NCBI RefSeq assembly: GCF_003966335.1
Contig: NZ_CP034549.1
Coordinates: 2,460,001 to 2,492,000, forward strand
DNA: 32,000 bases
Origin: Nonlabens ponticola
Lineage (GTDB): Bacteria; Bacteroidota; Bacteroidia; Flavobacteriales; Flavobacteriaceae
Reading direction: 5' to 3'
Shown: positions 28,959-32,000 of the stretch, one piece after another
Layout: every line of letters begins with the position of its first letter
How positions within the stretch are numbered: position 1 is the stretch's first letter
The notes under the pieces: generated by a model
Seen by the model: the letters and a program-made list of their open reading frames with translations, nothing else
The model's database searches: none
What the model was told of the DNA's origin: nothing
Program-made: the position numbers and the translations under genes

Positions 28959-29759
28959 ATGGAAATCATAGAAATTCTAGGCTACTCAGGTGCGCTGCTC
29001 ATAGGTCTCGTTCTCGGATTAATAGGTGGTGGTGGTTCTATCTTAACCGTTCCCATTCTGGTCTATGCACTAGCCATCAATCCCGTTACGGCAACCGCCT
29101 ATTCCCTATTTGTCGTGGGTTCTACATCTCTTGTAGGTGCAGTTAAGAACATGATTAAAGGCATGGTAGATTTCAAAACCGCCATCATTTTTGCCATTCC
29201 AGCCTTTATCGCTGTCTATTTAACCAGGGCATTCTTGATCCCAATTATTCCAGAAATTCTTTTCTCGATCGACGGATTTGAAGTCACAAAGAACCTAGCG
29301 ATCATGCTATTCTTTGCCGTTATTATGCTGCTGGCATCCATCTCTATGGTTAGGAATAACAGAAAGGAAAATGAGGAAGAAACCGAAATCAAATACAACT
29401 ATCCGCTAATCATTATTGAAGGTCTGGTCGTGGGAACCATCACAGGAATTGTAGGTGCAGGCGGCGGTTTTCTCATTATTCCCGCATTGGTTTTGCTGGC
29501 AAATCTACCTATGAAAAAAGCGGTTGCCACCTCACTTTTTATTATAGCGATCAAGTCACTTATTGGATTTGTGGGCGACGTTCAAAATCTAGCAATAGAC
29601 TGGAATTTCCTTTTGGTTTTTACGGGACTATCTGTAATCGGGATTTTTATCGGCGTCTGGCTCAACAAATTTATAGACGGTAAGAAACTCAAGAAAGCGT
29701 TTGGTTGGTTTGTACTCGTGATGGGTATTTACATCATCTATAAGGAACTAGCAGGATGA
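28959..29759 (+). CDS. sulfite exporter TauE/SafE family membrane protein
   Basis: The ATG at 28959 gives MEIIEILGYSGALLIGLVLGLIGGGGSILTVP. The internal repeat GIVGAGGGFLIIPAL is typical of TauE/DUF81. The track's TTG start at 28923 lies inside the inverted repeat. Confidence 0.8.
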   Translation: MEIIEILGYSGALLIGLVLGLIGGGGSILTVPILVYALAINPVTATAYSLFVVGSTSLVGAVKNMIKGMVDFKTAIIFAIPAFIAVYLTRAFLIPIIPEILFSIDGFEVTKNLAIMLFFAVIMLLASISMVRNNRKENEEETEIKYNYPLIIIEGLVVGTITGIVGAGGGFLIIPALVLLANLPMKKAVATSLFIIAIKSLIGFVGDVQNLAIDWNFLLVFTGLSVIGIFIGVWLNKFIDGKKLKKAFGWFVLVMGIYIIYKELAG

Positions 29760-29786
29760 TTTGAATGTTACACAGTTTGTTATAAG

Positions 29787-29806
29787 TACGCTTTCGCGAA
29801 AGCGTA
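29787..29806. repeat. iterated palindrome copy 8 (TACGCTTTCGCGAAAGCGTA)
   Basis: Perfect 20-bp palindrome in the spacer between the TauE gene and the MBL-rhodanese gene. Confidence 0.95.
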
Positions 29807-29943
29807 ACAATCATCATAAATCTAAACAAGAAAACATATCGTAAACATGAAAAAAGATGCAAAAAAGCCCTAAAAAGTGGTAAAATGTATCAAAAGTTAC
29901 CGAATGCTATACAATGCGTGACTAATTTTAAACAAAAAGAAAG

Positions 29944-31272
29944 ATGAATATCAAGCAATTTGAATACAAGCCGCTGGCACATTATAGCTATGCCATTGAG
30001 AGTAATGGAAAGGTTGCTGTAATCGATCCTGAACGTGATCCTGCGCAATATCTAGCATTTGCAGAAGCGCACAATGCGAAAATTGTTGCTGTTATAGAAA
30101 CACATCCCCATGCAGATTTTGTGAGCTCGCATCTTGAACTGCACAAAACGACTGGCGCTACCATTTATAATTCTGAAAAATTAGGAGCTGACTATCCGCA
30201 TCAGGCTTTTGACAACGGTGATCATATCGATCTAGGAGACGTGAAGATCAACGCTATTAACACGCCAGGTCACTCGCCAGACAGCATCACCATCGTTGCT
30301 ACAAATGGAGAAGAAACTGCTCTATTTACAGGCGACACCTTATTTATAGGCGATGTAGGAAGACCAGATTTGAGAGAGAAAGCAGGCAACATGCAAGCCA
30401 AAAGAGAAGAGCTGGGCGAGATGATGTATGAAACGATTACTACTAAATTTAATGATCTACCAGATAATGCCTTGGTATATCCTGCGCATGGTGCAGGATC
30501 TTTATGCGGTAAAAATATGAGTGATGCCGCGAGCAGCACCCTAGGTGATGAAAGAGCCAGCAATTGGGCTTTCCAGTCGCAGAGCAAAGAAGAGTTTATG
30601 AATACCATTCTCGATGGACAACCATTTATCCCATCTTATTTTGGGTACGACGTGGATCTCAACAAAAAAGGCGCAGCTGATTTACAACCTAGTGTTGATG
30701 CAATACCTTTAGAAGAAAGTGCTCAGGCGAGCGGTTTGATCGTGGATATGCGCGATGAGGCTGATTTCAAGAGAGGTCATTTGCCTGGCAGCATCAACAT
30801 CATGGCTGTATCGGACAATTCTAAATTTGAGACCTGGTTAGGCTCTATCGTTGAACCAAAAGAAGCATTCACACTGGTCATTGACAAAAAAGAAAACAAA
30901 GACAAATTGCTGCATCGCATTGCCAAAATAGGTTATGAAAAGCAACTTAACAAAGTGATCACGTTAGCAAATAACGGCTTGAATACAACAGAGAGACTTG
31001 ACCTATCAGATTTTAAACAGCATCCTGAGAACTACACTATCGTTGACATACGCAATAATAGCGAGATTGATGAAGGTAAAATATTTGATGGTGCCCTAGC
31101 GCACCAATTGAACGAGTTGCGTGACACCGCAGATCAAATACCAACTGACAAACCTATTGTGGTGCATTGTGCTGGCGGTTACCGCAGCGCTGCAGGTAGT
31201 AGTATTTTGAGCAAAGCGCTTGATGATGTAAAGGTTTATGACTTGAGCGATGATGTAAAGCAGTTTCAATAA
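29944..31272 (+). CDS. MBL-fold persulfide-dioxygenase-like domain fused to rhodanese domains (CstB-like architecture)
   Basis: N-terminal ETHPHADFVSSH metal motif, with later PGHSPDS and YPAHGAGS. The C-terminal rhodanese active-site loop reads HCAGGYRSAAG. Confidence 0.75.
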   Translation: MNIKQFEYKPLAHYSYAIESNGKVAVIDPERDPAQYLAFAEAHNAKIVAVIETHPHADFVSSHLELHKTTGATIYNSEKLGADYPHQAFDNGDHIDLGDVKINAINTPGHSPDSITIVATNGEETALFTGDTLFIGDVGRPDLREKAGNMQAKREELGEMMYETITTKFNDLPDNALVYPAHGAGSLCGKNMSDAASSTLGDERASNWAFQSQSKEEFMNTILDGQPFIPSYFGYDVDLNKKGAADLQPSVDAIPLEESAQASGLIVDMRDEADFKRGHLPGSINIMAVSDNSKFETWLGSIVEPKEAFTLVIDKKENKDKLLHRIAKIGYEKQLNKVITLANNGLNTTERLDLSDFKQHPENYTIVDIRNNSEIDEGKIFDGALAHQLNELRDTADQIPTDKPIVVHCAGGYRSAAGSSILSKALDDVKVYDLSDDVKQFQ

Positions 31273-31273
31273 G

Positions 31274-31281
31274 TATTTTTG
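31274..31281 (+). promoter_or_regulatory. -7 promoter box (TATTTTTG)
   Basis: Matches TAnnTTTG and is followed by CACCCTG. It lies 27 nt upstream of the ATG at 31308. Confidence 0.4.
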
Positions 31282-31307
31282 CACCCTGAAAACATAACCG
31301 GATTGTA

Positions 31308-32000
31308 ATGTCAAAAAAACGATCATTATTGGTTTTTAGGGTGCTTCTATTAATAGGTACGGCGGTCTCCTTATATTTTGTGCCTTGGCCTATTGTCATG
31401 GCGTGGATACAGCCCTTACCAGATACGGTGCAGGAACAGATAGATCAAGTTCATGAATACGGATTTGATGGCATCATCGTGTATGTGGATCAAAAAGGCA
31501 AACCACCTGAATTCTATACAGCAGGTTACAAAAACACTGAGAGCAAAACACCAGCAGACGCGCAGTCATTGTTCAAGATTGCTAGTGTAGAAAAATTATT
31601 CAAAGCTCTAACGGTTGCAAAACTGAGTTACAGAAATCATTTATCGCTGGATAGAAGTCTTGCAGCATATTTACCAGACCTGAGTAAAAACGTCAAAAAT
31701 GCTGATGAGATTACTTTGAGAATGCTAGTGCAGCACCGCAGCGGTATTCCTGATTATACGTACACTAAAGACTACTGGGCAAATCCCAAAAACACAGTCG
31801 AAGAAAACCTAAATCTTATTACAGACCAACCAGCAGAATTTGCGCCTGACACTGATTATGGTTATTCAAACACAAATTATTTGCTATTGGGCAGAATCCT
31901 AGATCAAACTCTAGGCTACAATCATTTTCAATATATTGAAAATGAAATCCTCAAACCCTTACAATTAAATAATATTCACACATCCATAAATGAAGTAAAC
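31308..32000 (+). CDS. serine hydrolase of the beta-lactamase (class C-like) family, 3' end outside the window
   Basis: This ORF is absent from the track because it has no stop in the window. I translated it by hand from the ATG at 31308 and it is open to position 32000. It has an N-terminal TM/signal segment, an S-x-x-K motif (ASVEK) and a YSN motif. Confidence 0.7.
   Translation, partial: MSKKRSLLVFRVLLLIGTAVSLYFVPWPIVMAWIQPLPDTVQEQIDQVHEYGFDGIIVYVDQKGKPPEFYTAGYKNTESKTPADAQSLFKIASVEKLFKALTVAKLSYRNHLSLDRSLAAYLPDLSKNVKNADEITLRMLVQHRSGIPDYTYTKDYWANPKNTVEENLNLITDQPAEFAPDTDYGYSNTNYLLLGRILDQTLGYNHFQYIENEILKPLQLNNIHTSINEVN

Overview
The window looks like ordinary chromosome from a Flavobacteriia-type Bacteroidota genome. 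Supporting evidence: three proteins with type IX secretion (T9SS) C-terminal sorting domains, TAnnTTTG -7 promoter boxes, a BshB1-like bacillithiol deacetylase and a monomeric isocitrate dehydrogenase. I cannot name a species. About 30 protein genes are mostly housekeeping (mnmA, trmD, rplS, icd, apt) or envelope and secreted proteins. There are two tRNA genes, His-GTG and Arg-ACG. I see no integrase, transposase, CRISPR array, toxin-antitoxin pair or recognisable multi-gene defence system. The unusual content is at the DNA level. (1) A perfect 14-20 bp palindrome with core GCTTTCGCGAAAGC occurs 7 times perfectly and once with one mismatch. It lies in intergenic spacers and inside coding sequences in all three reading frames. 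Two copies, one inside mnmA and one intergenic, share 29 identical nucleotides, which suggests a small copied hairpin element. (2) Both tRNA genes are followed by repeated copies of their own 3' ends. For tRNA-His this is a 118-bp tandem array that also duplicates the terminator. The tRNA-His acceptor stem as encoded has two U-U mismatches. (3) A Crp/Fnr regulator, TauE exporter and MBL-rhodanese gene cluster resembles known persulfide (cst-type) stress modules but has a different regulator class. All functional calls come from reading motifs in the translations. No database search was run.
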